A stretch of 64,000 nt of DNA from Felis catus (lineage: Eukaryota). How positions within the stretch are numbered: the stretch's first letter is position 1; each line of letters begins with the position of its first letter. The translations under genes were made by a program, and so were the position numbers. The stretch covers positions 1,116,001-1,180,000 of the forward strand of contig NC_058375.1 in the NCBI RefSeq assembly GCF_018350175.1. Direction: 5' to 3'. Below are positions 22,261 to 35,500 of the stretch, in pieces. The notes beneath the pieces were generated by a model that worked only from the letters and a program-made list of their open reading frames with translations, was not told the origin of the DNA and did not search any database.

Positions 22261-25200
22261 TCCGTGGCCCGAGGGCCGGGGCTCCTACTGGAGGGCAGGG
22301 CGTGAGGCCTGTGTGCCTGCTAGTCGGGGTTGTCCTTCCAGGGCCCCCAAGGGGCATACTGTCCTGACTGCTTGTGTCGCTGTGAGGTGGGGCCTGGACC
22401 AGTGTGAATACTCTGTGGTGAGGTCCCCGTCGTGGGTCTCCTGGTCCCCATCAGGCCTGGCGGGCCTCACCCGGGGGACCAACGGCCAAGCTGGCACGAG
22501 GAGGGGACCGGACAGCCTCCTTTCAGGGCCGACAAGTAACCTGCAGGTTCCTGTCAGGTTCCTATCAGATACCTGAGTGGCCCACAGGCCCAGCTGCCCT
22601 CCCCTCGGCACCGCCGGCCCTGCCGCTCCCCCTGACCCGTGCCTTTCCCTTTCCGTAGGACCCGAGAGTGTCCCGTCTGAGCCGAGCCGAGCAACCTCAG
22701 CAGGCTCTCCTGCCTTCACCTCTTCCAGGACAAGCGTGTCTCAGGACTGCACTGAAACACCATGCAGCCCCCCAGGGACGCGCCTCGGGACTCCGTCCCA
22801 CCGGAATTACCAGCAGCATGTCTGACCCTCAGCAGAACCACTGCTGAGGCGAGGCCCACAGCAGCCCGGGCACGCCCAGGTGGGCGGAGCTGTGGAAACG
22901 GCCATAATTGAAGAGGAAGCCTGAGGCCGCCCAGCCAGACCCTGGCCCAGGGGACCGGAACCCGGCGACCTGTGCACGCTCGTCCCTTTCCTGGGCAGCT
23001 GAACAGAGGGGGGCAGCTGGGGAGGGGACGTCAAGACCCCGCAGTCAAGCACACGGTGGGTGGCAAGAGAAGGGGGGTCCCTTGGGGGGAGCCAAAGGTC
23101 TCTGGCAGCCTGTGTGACCCGGGCCTGTCCACCCACAGGCCCACCAAGGGACCTGCAGGGCTGTGGGCAGGGTGGCCCCGTGGCCCGGCAGAGGAGGGCC
23201 GTTGGCTACAGACCCGACTTAGGGCTAGAGGGCTGGGGAAGCAGGCCCGCGGCTTGGTCAGGCCTGGTCCTGACCCTGGCTGTCATCAGTTTTTCAGGCT
23301 GAGGTGGGCACGTGGGCAGGCCATGGGGTGTGGAGGCCCTGAGACCTGACCTGGGCACGGGGACCAGTCTGCCTGGGGCTCAGCATGGCGAGAAGGCACC
23401 CATTTCCCGGCCGGGGAGAGCTTCCCGCCCAGCGCCGTCTAGGTCAAGGCCCCGGGTCCCGGCCTCCGCCCACAGCCGTGTGGGCATCATGGCAGTCCTC
23501 CGGTACCGATGGGATGTGCCGGCTTAGGGAACCGGGGAGCCACGGAGTCCAATGCCAGTCAAGGCAGAGATTGGGGAAAACTGCCACCCTGAGGGCGTGT
23601 GGTCCGCAGGGAAGCGACCCGGCTCTCCCGACCTGCTCACGTGGGACGGGAGACCCGGGGCTCTCTGTGGCCCCCACACAGAGCCTATAAGGAATTTCCA
23701 AAATCAGAACGTCAGCTAATTGTTGGAGTACGGCTGGCCCGGATTTGGGGCTGAGCTGGAAACCATCACCACTCCCGGGGGACCCCTGGGAAACAGGAGC
23801 CTCAGGGCTGTGGGTCCCGAGTGACGGCCACGGGCACGGCCACGGGGTGCCGTGGGCACGCAGCCCCGGCTGCTCCCCCTCTGCAGAGCGTGTTCTGCTC
23901 CACGGGGCACCCAGGGGCACTGGGGTCACGCTGCCAGAGAGGCCCCGGCAAGTGAGGCCCCTGCTTGCACAGGCGGGAGAGCGGCCGGGGGCCTCGGATG
24001 GCGGGGCGGGGAGGGGACGTGAAGGTGTCCCCCCCTCCCCCCCCCCCCCCCCGGCCTGCAGTGGGCGTGTAAGGGTTAAGGCCCCGCCTGCCGCCAGCCT
24101 CCAGCCTCGGTGCTGTGCTGTGGGGGTGGGGTGGGGTGAGGGCGCCCCATCAGCCCAGCTGTTCCCGCCTGGGCCTCACACCTGCTTCCGTTTATTACTC
24201 CTGCTCGGACGATGGGGCTCAGTCCTCCATCTTTAGAGTTTCTGAGAAAGCAGAGAAACCCATCAGTCTCTATGTCTGATTTTCCATGAACATGCCCGGA
24301 GGAGCCTCCAGCCCGGGGGGAGAGTGGGGGGGGGGGGGAGGCCGAGCCCACTCTGCCAGGGGCCGGTGGCCAAGGAAGGGGTGACGAGGTCCCCAGGGGA
24401 CCAGAGCCCTCTGCCTGGCTCCCTCTTGTCTCGGGAGCCCTCCCCCACCGCGCTGCCCTGGGGCTCATCTGAGATCAAGCTACCCGTCCCCCCGGCCCCG
24501 CACTTTGCTGGGACACCCCTGGGAGCAGGGCTGCCCTACAGCAGACACATTGCCTGGTGACGCAGGCCGCAGGCCGAGGAAGACCTTCCTAGCTGAGGGG
24601 CCGGCGTGTGCCAAAGGCTGGCGGGGGGGCGGGGGGTTGCTGTGTGTGGAGAACAGGGCGGGGGCACAGGTGAGCCGGAGGGGGTGCCGCAGGGCGGAGG
24701 GGCTGAGGGCTTCACCCCGGACCTTTGGGTAACGAAGCACGCACTCCAGTCTCCTGAGCTGAGCCCTGTGTAGGTCACAGAGCGGAGGGAGAGAGGGTGG
24801 GGGGCACCCAGAAGTGGCCCCAGAGGTGGCCGTGGTGCAGGGAACGGGATGCGTGAACCCCCCCCCGTAGGGCAGCGCGGGGCAGTAGCTGGCTGGGCCC
24901 CGCGAGGAGCCAAGAGGCTGATCCGAGGGCCTTCCTGATTGGACCCTGCACTGCCCCCCCCCCCCGCCCCCTTACCCCCGGCACTCAGACGCGGGACAGG
25001 CCACCAGCCTGAGCCTGTCGTCTCTGGGACCCCGGTGACCCTGGAGGCCCCCGCCCAGGGCCCTGCTCTTCCCTGGGAGAGCCCGCTGTCCGCCGCACGC
25101 TTCTCGCTACATTCCTGCGGAGACATTCCTGGCATATTACGGAATTTCACAACATGACACAGGGCCCCGTCAGTTCCTGAATGATGTGGAGTTGTGTCAG

Positions 25201-28200
25201 CTGCAAAAGACGAAGTCTGTTGTGTAAATGTGGCTGTGAGTCTGCCCAGCCGCCCGTGAGAATTCCACTGAAACGGGGCATTCTCCCCCAAACCCTAAGT
25301 GCGTGTCTTGTAACAGCACGACGCGGCGGCCAGTCTGCCCGGGGGTGGGTGGGGGCCTCGGGCCGACCTTGCCCGTGACTGCTCACTGCCGGCTCAGCAC
25401 TCGGCCAGCCCGGAGCCTGATGTGCTGGCCGGCACGGCCCCTCCCCTGCTCACCCGGAGAAAAATGGGTTTAATTAAGACTTCCGCGATTAGTCACTTCA
25501 TCAGTCACCAGGCCAACACAGATGGGGCCAATTACTGTTTTTACTTGAATAGATATTTGGTGCTGGCAACCCCTCCGGGCAGGGTCGCGCAGGTGACCGC
25601 TGAGCACCTGACGCAGGCCTCTGACCTCTTGGGGAGGCTGTCCAAGCCTCCATCCCGGGCTCCTCGCTGACCCTGCTCCGGGGACACGGGTCCACCTGCC
25701 GTGCCCCCTCCTCTGCCCTGGGGCCTGGGTGCTGTCCCGTGAGACCACCACTGGCTGGCCCCGCCGAGACCCGCAGATGCCCCGGGCAGGGGCCTCCAGG
25801 GTCAGCCGGATCCAGTCGGGCAGGCCCGGCTGGGGCCCTCGGAGCACAGCCCCAGGCCCTGGGGATGCAGCCTCGCCCCAGGCCATGGGCACAGAGGGTC
25901 AGCCTCCGGGCTCCGCGCAGGGCCTGGCCAGCGACTGCCCCTCTCTGCTCCAGGATGGGGTCCGTGCACAAACCCCAAAGCCATCTGCAGACCACCCCCA
26001 GGCGGGGTCCACACGGAAAGCGCCCACGTGACCCTGGGGAGGTGGGAAGTCAGGTCCCAGACTCTGAGGGAAGAAGTCAGGGCCGTGATTCATGCCATTT
26101 CCCGGGACATGGCTCAGGGCCCCCGGGACAGGGCTCAGGGCCCTCCCAGCAGGGACCCTGCTGAGCACGGCTCGCTGGGGTCTGTGGTGAAGCGCTCCGA
26201 GCGGGCTGGGGGCAGGGCACGGGACCACATGGCTGCACCTAAGTGCCCCCGTCCCCAGGCGGCACGCCCCACGAATAAACGGTGAGAGCACGTGTGCTGG
26301 AGGGTAGAAGCCACTGCGGGCCCAGCGGCCTTGGCGGGTGACCCTTCACCTCCCTTCCCTTAGCCAAAATGCACAAAGGTGATTCTCCTCAGTCACTGAG
26401 ATACCGCAGAACTGCGCCTGGAAGCTGGAGGCAGCCAGTTCTCTCCCTTCTTATGCAAATCAAACCTCCGCCAGCTCTGAAATGACAGGGTGGCGCGACC
26501 TTCTTCATCTTTGTGAGTATGGAGGCACCTTTTTCAGTCGTTTCCATTGGGCGAGCCTCCTGGAAGTCTACACTGGGCTGCTCAGCGGGCAGGGTGAATA
26601 AACGAGCAAACCACTAGTGGACTGTGGCTGCTGGGGGTCACCAGGCAGAGGTGGGCAGCCCAGGGCACACAGGTGACCAGGGGCGGGAGGCTCGGCGAGG
26701 ACGCAGAGGCGGTCCCTGTCCGTGAGGCCGCACGTGGGCACGGGCCACGCTGCCGCCGACCCTGAAGCTGACCCGGGTCACCCCGGGCGGGCTGGCGGCT
26801 GCCCGGACCGCTTCGGACATTCAAGTCAGCCCCGTGGCCCCGCCATCCCTCGGCCTGCGGGAGCTCTTGGACCGTGCCGACACCCACAGGCCATTCTGCG
26901 CCCCTGGACCCTGGGCGCGGGGAGGAGGCGGTGTGTGGGCAGAAGCCATCTGCACACACCCCCACCTCGCCCCCACGGAAATTGTTAACACCTTGGGAAC
27001 CTTGCGTGGGGACCGTGTTTGCCGACTGGCCGGGGACTGGGGACAGGCAGGAGGCAGGCTTGGAGCAGTCTGTCACCGGCTTCTGCCAATATCTCATCTG
27101 AGTGAGTGGGAGGGAACCGTGCAACAGGGAGGGGGCTCTGGGGTCGCTGGGGGTGGGGCAGAGGAGGCAGGTGGAGCCTGGTGGGGAGAGGGGGCTGCCC
27201 CCTCCCGGCCTTTGGCCTCCACGGTCCTGCCTTCCGCCCTCCATGGGGGCTCATTCTAGACCGGGAGGCAGGCTGTCAACCCACAACCAGAAACACAGAC
27301 TTCTAGGCCGGGATGCCTGGCTGGTCTGTGGTCCATGCGTTTGCCTGAGGCAGCCTGGGGTGGGGGGGCCAGGGGGAGAGTCGACAGGGCCCTGTGCCCC
27401 ATTTCAGGGGCTGGGTCAGGCCCAGCAGACCCGCTCCCCATTACAGAAAGTGGGGTCCGAGTGGTGGCCTCCCCGGGAAGTTGGGGTGTCTGTGAGATGA
27501 CATCACAGCCCATCCTCAGCAGGGGTGAGGTTGTTGCGTGCCACGTGGGGGCTGGAGAGGGGCAAGGACTTTTGGGGCAGGGAGTGCCAGAGTCTCCCTT
27601 CCCCTGCCTCCCCCATGGGTCTGGCGTTCTCAAATGAGAGCCCCAACCTGGGACCTGGCAGCCGAGGGCTCCGCAGAGTGTCAGGAGCATCTCGGTCCCC
27701 CCGGTCCCATTCACGTGGAGACAACCGCCCTGCAAACACCCTGACCCTGGGGGTGGGCCAGACCGGACCCACACATCTGAGACCCCGAGAGGGCCTACCT
27801 TAACGCAAACCAGACCCAGGGGGAGGTCCGGGGCCCCTGATCTGCCCGAGTCCGCCTCGGTTGCTAGAAAGGATGGTTTTCTTAGGATTCTAAAAGGTGG
27901 GCTTTTGGGGTCAAGAGCCAGGTTTGGATGCTGGTGTGGGATGCTGGTGCCTGAACCAGAGTAAGGAGCCGGGGGGGGGGGGACATGGGGACAGTCCACA
28001 TCCCCGCAGCAGAACTGGTAGGGGGTGCTGGGGCAGATGCTGGGGGCCTCGGGGTGGGCACAAGACACCCAGATCGGGTAGGGGGCCTCGGGGGCACAGA
28101 GCAGGGGCCCTGGAGAAAGTGGTTGTTTGGGCAGTGGGGTCTGAGGCAGGTGACGTGCCACACGGACCCTGTGACGGGGCAGGGGAGGTGGGCTCTGGAG

Positions 28201-30077
28201 GGCGCTCGGCGGCCACAAAGGGCTTTTTGCGTCACTGCTCAGACCTATGCCTGCAAACGGGCCCTGGGGTGGGGCGGCCCGAGCCCCCGAGTTCCCACTG
28301 AAAGCCATCCCTGCTGGGGTCCTCTACTCAGAAGACCTTGGAGCCCCGGCCACGGGCACCGGCTCACAAGCAGAGCCCTCCTGGGATGGCGAGGACCCCG
28401 GGACGAGGACACTGAATTTCAAGCACCAGAAACGACAGAATGAGCGGGTGCTGCCTCCTGCCCTCAGGAGAAACCAGACATCGAGGGCCTTCTCTGTGTC
28501 GGAGGAAGATGGTTCCTCGTCCCACAGCCTCCAGCTGCCCCCCCCCCCTCCCCGTTACAAAAGGAAGCAGTAACTCTGCCCCGGGCACGGATGGGTCTGT
28601 GCGTGTTGACGCGAGTTATTCCGCGCGCGTTGCAGCTTTGGGTCACACGTGCGTGCCCGCGACCGAAGCGCGGGCTGAGTGTGGCGTGTCAACGTTCAGC
28701 AGGATCTTGGCTTTTTTTTTTTTTTTTTTTTCTTAAAGTCTGTGCTTCTCCACTTACTGTGTGAAGCGGGCCTCATATTTGATTCACAAACCGTGACTCA
28801 GAACGACACAGGGTGGCACCTTCCCCTGGAAACAGCTCGTCCCGGCTCCGCCTCGCGAGTGGGATCAAAGACTTGTCAGCCTGCCGATACTGTGCCAGCC
28901 TCCGGGTGTCCCGGCCCGTCCCACGCCCGCTGGCGTCACCGATGAGCAATCTAACTGCGGAACGTCCGCAGGCTGCGGCGGCTCAGGACGGATGCCTCGG
29001 GCCCTCCTCCCGTTTCTACTCAATGCCTTATTTTCCTAGGGTTTTGCCGTTGGGTCTGTGCCCACAGGCCTCTGCTCTTTTGTGAGGCTATTTCGACGGG
29101 TGCCCCGGAGCAGACCGCGTGAAGAGAGATGTGCGTGTCCCAGGCCACAAGAGGCGCCGCGGGCACGCTGGCCTTGGCCACTTCCCCCCCTCCCCCGGGC
29201 TGATGACAAGGCTACACACAAGGGTCAGAGGCCTGCCCTTGCCGGCAGGTGGGCGTCTTCGAAGGCCTGGCGCCCCTCCCCCAGGGGCCACGTTCTCCCC
29301 GCCCCGCCTGCAGACGGAGGGTTCCTGCCTTCTAAGAGCGGGCCGGCTCCCAGGGTCCCAGCCACAGCTTCCCGATGTGCTGCTTTCGGCCCCAGCTCTG
29401 CTCTGCATCCCCCAGAGTCCCCACGGAACTGCAAACCGGGTTGGGGACAGGCCGGGGGTGCCGGGGGCTTGGGGGGCAGGGAGGTGAGCTCAGTCCCACC
29501 TGAGCCTTGGGCCACATGGCCTGGCAGGGGACAGGCTGCTCCCACAAGCAGTTGCCAGGAGTGATTTCTCTGGAACTCAGCCTTCCTCCTTGCAGGGCCC
29601 CGGGCTGGGAAGAGCGTGTGGCCGAGGTACTGGCAGAGTGGAGTCTCCTCGGCCCCCACCGTGGGGCTCGCAGCCCCGACCTGTGTGTCTGCTGCAGGAC
29701 GGATCACGGGCCTGCGGCAGGTATGTGGCGGGCCTCTGGCCGCCTCTGCCCACCCTGTGGGCCCCTCCTGGCCTCCGAACACAATCAAGGAGCATCGTCC
29801 CTTCCGTGGGCCACCCGGCTCCGCCAACCTGGACCAGGGCCCGGCTCCCCTGAGGCTGGGAGCCTGGCTTCTCCTGCCGTCTAGGCCGCAGAAGTGCGTG
29901 CAGTCCCTGGGCAGACTGAGACCATGCCTGTGGGGTCACAGGGTCGCCCGCCTGTGGGAAACCGAGACCCCGGCCCCTGCACGGAGCGCACACCTGGGGG
30001 GGGCCCACCTGTGGTCCCGCTGATGGCGAGGCCGGACCAAACCCCCCGAATGCCCTGAGTCGGTCAGTGTCTCCTAC

Positions 30078-30154
30078 CTGCTGCCTCCTGGCGGGTCCTG
30101 CGTGGTGGGCGTCCTGCCGGGGCCCAGGCCCCCTCTGGGCCTGCCACCTGCCTT
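30078..30154 (-). CDS. MORN1: MORN1 exon 12
   Basis: ccttccag|AAG...AG|gtagg; 77 nt; KAGGRPRGGLGPGRTPTTQDPPGGS(R) vs recalled human [27 protein letters not shown]. Confidence 0.9.
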
Positions 30155-30193
30155 CTGGAAGGAGCAGTGGGGGAGGGTTCAGAGGGGCAATCA

Positions 30194-30463
<270 letters not shown>

Positions 30464-32174
30464 TCACATGGCCCCTGACGCAAAGCTTCTGTAGCTCGGA
30501 CGGCCGGGGCACTGGCCGTGTGGCTGGGGGGACGGGAGGGGGCACAGCCTGCTCTACACCACGCAGTCTCCCTGTGGGTATATTTTGGGGCCCCTGGCCT
30601 CTTGACGCCCCCTCACCTGGGGTCCACCCTGAGAGCCCTGCAGGCTGGTGCCCTGGGGCTAGGAGGGTCTCCTGCCACACAGCCCGTTGCCTGAGGCCCT
30701 GGGCGCCAGGTCAGGACCCGGAGAAGGACATTTCTACGTCATGGCTGCATGCTAAGGTGATGTCAGACCAGGTCCAGGAAGAGTGTAGAACATGGGGGCC
30801 GCTGGCAGCCACCAGCCCCCACAAGGGGCGAGAGCCCCCCAGGAGACCCCCAAATCCTCCAGGCTGGGCTGGGCCCTGCAGGAGGTACCCCCACCGTCGA
30901 CCCTGTCCATCCTGGCTTTCCCTACTCCTCCCCTCCCGGTGTCCTGAGGTGGGACGGGGCGTCTCCTGACAGTCCCCTCCCCAGGCTCCACCGCACTAGA
31001 CAATGGACCTACAGCCCTGGCTGTCCCCTCCTTCTGTCCCTTGCACAGAAAACTGGCTGCTGAGACGGGGTCGTGAGGTTGGTGAGGGCCACCGGCACTG
31101 TCCCAGACACGAGTGCATTGGGACCCGTTATCCTGTGGGGGCTGGGCTCCCAGCTCTCCTGACTGACCTCTGTCCTGAGGTCCCTGCCGGCTCTCACACA
31201 GGGAGAAGCCACCAGGCTTCTGGTCGAACCACAGGGAGGGGGCTGGATGGGGCCGTGGGGACAGCTGGAGGTGGACAAGGCAGGCTGGACGCTCCCGCCA
31301 ATGGGGGGAGCTCAGTGGGTGGAGGGCATCTCTCATCCGTGCCCTGGATGGGGCCCAGGGGCCGTAGGCATTAAGTCCCCTTCCCTGGAGCCCAACTTCT
31401 GCAGGGAGAGATGCCTACGGGCCCCAGAAGTATTTCCAAATTACAGGTAGGGAATTATTTCTCTCAGAGGGGTCTTAATGTCATCATTATGGTGCATTAT
31501 AAAAAGTAAAGTCTTTCCTTCTGCAAGGACATTCTTTAACTCAAGTCCTTCTCTCCATTAGCTTTTGCTGTCCCCACACTATTTATGTCCTGGGCAACGA
31601 CTGTGAACCGCGTTGCTGACGGCATGATTTCTGTTTCTGAGCGCAGCGACAGTTTCCAGCGGGCCTGAGAGGAACCAGTTGTCTGTTATCGACGCCTCCG
31701 GCCAACGAAGGCCCCGGCTCTGTGTCCTAATACCCCTGCCAAGGTGACCGTGCAGGAGTGGGTCCCCAGCGCCCGCCTCCGACAGCAGCGGCGTCAGACC
31801 GACCTGAAATGTGCCAGTTTCCCTGGGCGGGGGTGGCCGGGGGACGTGGGCACGGGGCCCGGAGCACGTCGCCTCCCTGGGCTCAGGGGCCCAACGACCA
31901 CGGCACCCGACGCACCGACCCGGCACCAAGCAGCTGCCCGTGGATCCTCACAGGACTCCCAGGGCCTGTCAGGGCTGGGGCTCTGTGGTCACAGCCCCGT
32001 GGTGAGGAGCCCCGGGCCCAGAGAGCGCTGCAGTGCTGGCCTCCCCGCCTGCCCACTAACACCACGTCACCCAACGTGGCTGGTAGGCGCGTGGAGACCA
32101 AGTTCGGTTCAGCCACAGGCTTGACATTCTCCGTCACCTCCTGCCATTCATCGTCCCCGGACGAGAAGCGGCTC

Positions 32175-32560
32175 CGAGACCCCTTTTGGTCGAAAGCCAG
32201 AGAAACCCAACACCAACGGGCTTAAACCAAAGCGGTGGCACGTCCGCGGTGCGAGGAGGGGTCCCCGAGATTGGGCCGCTCGGGGCCAGGAGACCTCTGG
32301 GTGCCGAGGCCCCTTCCCCACATAGTGCCACGTGGAACTTGTGCACCTGACCACCCCCTGTCCTCGGGCCATCCCCGAGTCTCAGATGTGACGCCGCCTT
32401 CCCAGAACTGGGGCTCAGCCTGCAGCCGCTGCTCCTGTCCTGTGCCCCCCGAATTCAGCCCCAGCTCTTCCCGCTAGAGCTGCTCTCGCGGGGCTCCTGG
32501 GCTGATCACAACGCTGTCACTGCAGCCTGGCCGTGCTCGGGCCCCGCGCGTCGGCCCCTC
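32175..32560 (+). mobile_element. MLT1-family (ERVL-MaLR) LTR relic
   Basis: ttttggtcgaaagccagagaaacccaacaccaacgggcttaaaccaaag resembles the recalled MLT1J/K start (ttggttgcaagtgacagaaacccaactcaaactggcttaa). Extent uncertain. Confidence 0.45.
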
Positions 32561-35500
32561 TTTTTGCACACGGCCCGGTGGCCTCCTTTGCCTCCGTGTC
32601 TCAGCTGGACCGTGGCTTCCCAGGTCGTGCGTCCAAGCGGTGCCTCAGCTTGTCTCTGCCCTGCATGTGCGATGTCCCAAAAGGTCAGGCCTCCTGCCGT
32701 CCCCAGCCACCCCGCCCGTGTGTGGACCGCAGCACAGGGCGTTTGTGGGGTGGGTGGTGTCCCGGCCAGGCCAGAAGCCTCCTATGCAGCTTGTGCCCCA
32801 GCCCATGGTGGAAGGTCAGGGAGAGACCTCGTGGACCCTGCTTGGCCACTGAAAGAGAACAGGGCTCTCTGGTCGGCTTAGGAGTTTAAAATCCACTTAG
32901 AAGTGTGTCCTCTCAGAGCGCCCTCTATCCCGGAGCAGGGGGGCCCGCAGCCCAGGGCTCCACAGGGTTTGTTGAGAATCTGGGTTTCCCACAACGGGGG
33001 GCCGCTGTCCTCAGCCCTAACATCGGTGCACCTTGCCTGGGCACCAGTGGCTGCAGCTGACCCCCACCCCCCACCTCCACTGCTGGAGGCCGGTCTCTTT
33101 TCTCCCCCGTCCGTGCCCCTTTGGGTGGGGGCCTTGCTCCCCGTGGGGGTGTCCACCACATTCGTCCAGCTCCCGCCTCCTCGGGTCAGTCACCCACCTC
33201 CGCTCCCTGCGGACACCTGCACGTGCTGCCCCCCAGACCCAATTCCTACCCCAACTCCGGCTCGCTCGACCAGAAACGTGGACGACATCACCGATGTCCC
33301 CCCGTCCTGGTGTCCCCTCAGCCGCCATCACAGGGCTCAGCCTCACACCTAGCACAGGGACTCACCACTGGGTGAGACACCCCCCCCCCCCGACCCCAGC
33401 CCCAAACTCCCACTGACCTCCTCCTGCGTCCTGAGCACATGCCATGCCCTGTGGCCACAGGACTTCCGGGGCCAGCCGCACTGGCTACTCCTCACGTCTT
33501 GTCCTAGCTCACGACCGGGCCGCCACACTGAGCCTCTGGACGCTTGGCCCCTCTGGCCTCTGCTCACGCCCTGCCCCCGGGGTACTGCTGCAGGTGTCGT
33601 GTCCCGGTGGCCCTGGCCCTGCCACCATCCATCTTGCTGTCACGGGGTGGCCATGTGCACCCCCAACACTCACCCCCTCCTGCGGCCCCTTCCTCACCTT
33701 GTCTGCCCTGTTGGCAGAGCAGATCCCCCTTCCCGGCCGCGCTCCTGGCCGGAGCCCCCACCCTCCGAGAGAGCCGCCTCACCACGCACCAGTCTCAGGG
33801 GACCCATTGTTCTCCTCAGCCTGGGGACAATGTGGGGACAGCGTTCTGGGGCGAGGGTCCCGCCCTGGCCTGCAGGGGCCCTTGGAGCTGGTCCTGGCCT
33901 CTCTAGGGGGGCACTGGCCAGCCTGGCTGACCCTCGAGGCAGGGCCCCTGCCCAGAGATGCTGACCCCAGCTCCCAGGAGTTATTTCCGAGGCCTCTATG
34001 TCGATTTTAATCATCAGCAAGATAAAGGTCACTGCTGCGTCCGGGGGGGCGGGTGGGGGGCGACTGGTAACGGGAGGCTGCACCGCGGGGAGATCGGCGC
34101 TTGACCTCTCTGGGAGGAAATGTCGATTAATTATCTTTTTACAGCCAACTCAATTAGACTCCCTAATCACCTGTGTAGGACGCGGAGACAAAGGCGGAGC
34201 GCGGCCCGAGTAAACAAGGCTGCGCAGGCCGGGCCGTGACCGTCAAACGGCCGCTGGGGGGCCCCGGGCGGAGAGCCAGCCACAGGCTGGAATGTTTTCT
34301 TCATTTATATGAAGAAAAAAATAAAATGTTATCGGCCCTGAGGGGCCGAGAGCCGTCTCACGTGGAGGTGACCAGACACACCGCGTTAGTATTTAGGGCA
34401 GAGGCTCAACCGGCCAAGGAGCTGCTACCTTCCAAAGGCAGAGCGGCCTGTTCGGCGAGGACTGGCGGGGCCGGGGTCTCCAAGGCCCAGAGGGCGAGGA
34501 GGCAGCGTGAGTGCTGGGCAGGGCTGGCGGGGGCACCCTTGGGCCCCTTCTTGGACGGCCCGGTCTCCAGACGAGGGCTCCCTCGAGGCCGCGACGCCCA
34601 CCACCCCCCCGCCCACCACTCGGTTTGTCCAGTGGGCGCCCGGGCCCGAGGCGAGGGCTGGCCCGACGTGACCACGGGGCAGGACCTTCCAGGTGCTTCT
34701 GCTCCACCTCGACCGGATGTGTCCGCACGGTCTGCACCCAGCATGGAGGCGCCCTGGGGACCAGCCCAGAAACAGGGGTCCCCGTGTGGGGTGTCTCAGG
34801 CCCCATCTGGGCTGCAGGATGGAGGCCCCCCGTCTGCGGGCAGGGTTTGGTTCAGGTTTCTATCCAGAGGTTTTCGAATCCATGAGTTTCCCAAGGGGCC
34901 CGTGTGAGAGCCAGGCCTGCAGGCAGCTCATGGCCGGGCCTGGCCGGGCAGGTGTTTAGAAGCCCCGTGCCCTGTGGTGGCTGCGGTGGACCAGGACCCC
35001 GGTCCCTCGGGCTGAGCTCGGCAGGGCCGGTGTCTGGGGCCACAGCACCGTTCCTGACGAGGAACCTGGTGCCCGCCTTCCCTCCCTTTACTGAAGCGTA
35101 GAAAATGGATTTGACACAAAGCCACGGTCCCCGTTGGCCCATGTCCTTTCTGGATGCTCAGACTCATTGCCCCGTCCCTCTCCTACACGTGTGTCCTTCC
35201 GAAGGGGGCTGTGTGTGCGCTCCGCAAAGTGGTTAAAGCCTCCTCCTTCCAGAAATGCCAAGACACTTCCTGCGACCCCGAGGGCATGCGTTACCTCCAG
35301 CCTCGGCTCCTGGGCTCGGTTGTGCTGGAATCGCAAAAAGGACTCGAAAGGGGCCGGGACTCTGTGGTCAAACCCGCAGGAAGGGGGGGAGGCACTGATT
35401 TGGGGTTCTTCCTGAGCCTGTCTCTGATGTCTCCCCATCCTTGACTCCGGGAGCCTCCGGCAGCCAGGCTGTTTGTGCCTGGCTGGGCAGAGCGAGGCCA

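Noticed and set aside
30008-30054. AG/GT-bounded 47-nt segment as a MORN1 exon
   Set aside because: Translation does not resemble MORN1; the true exon 12 is 30078-30154.
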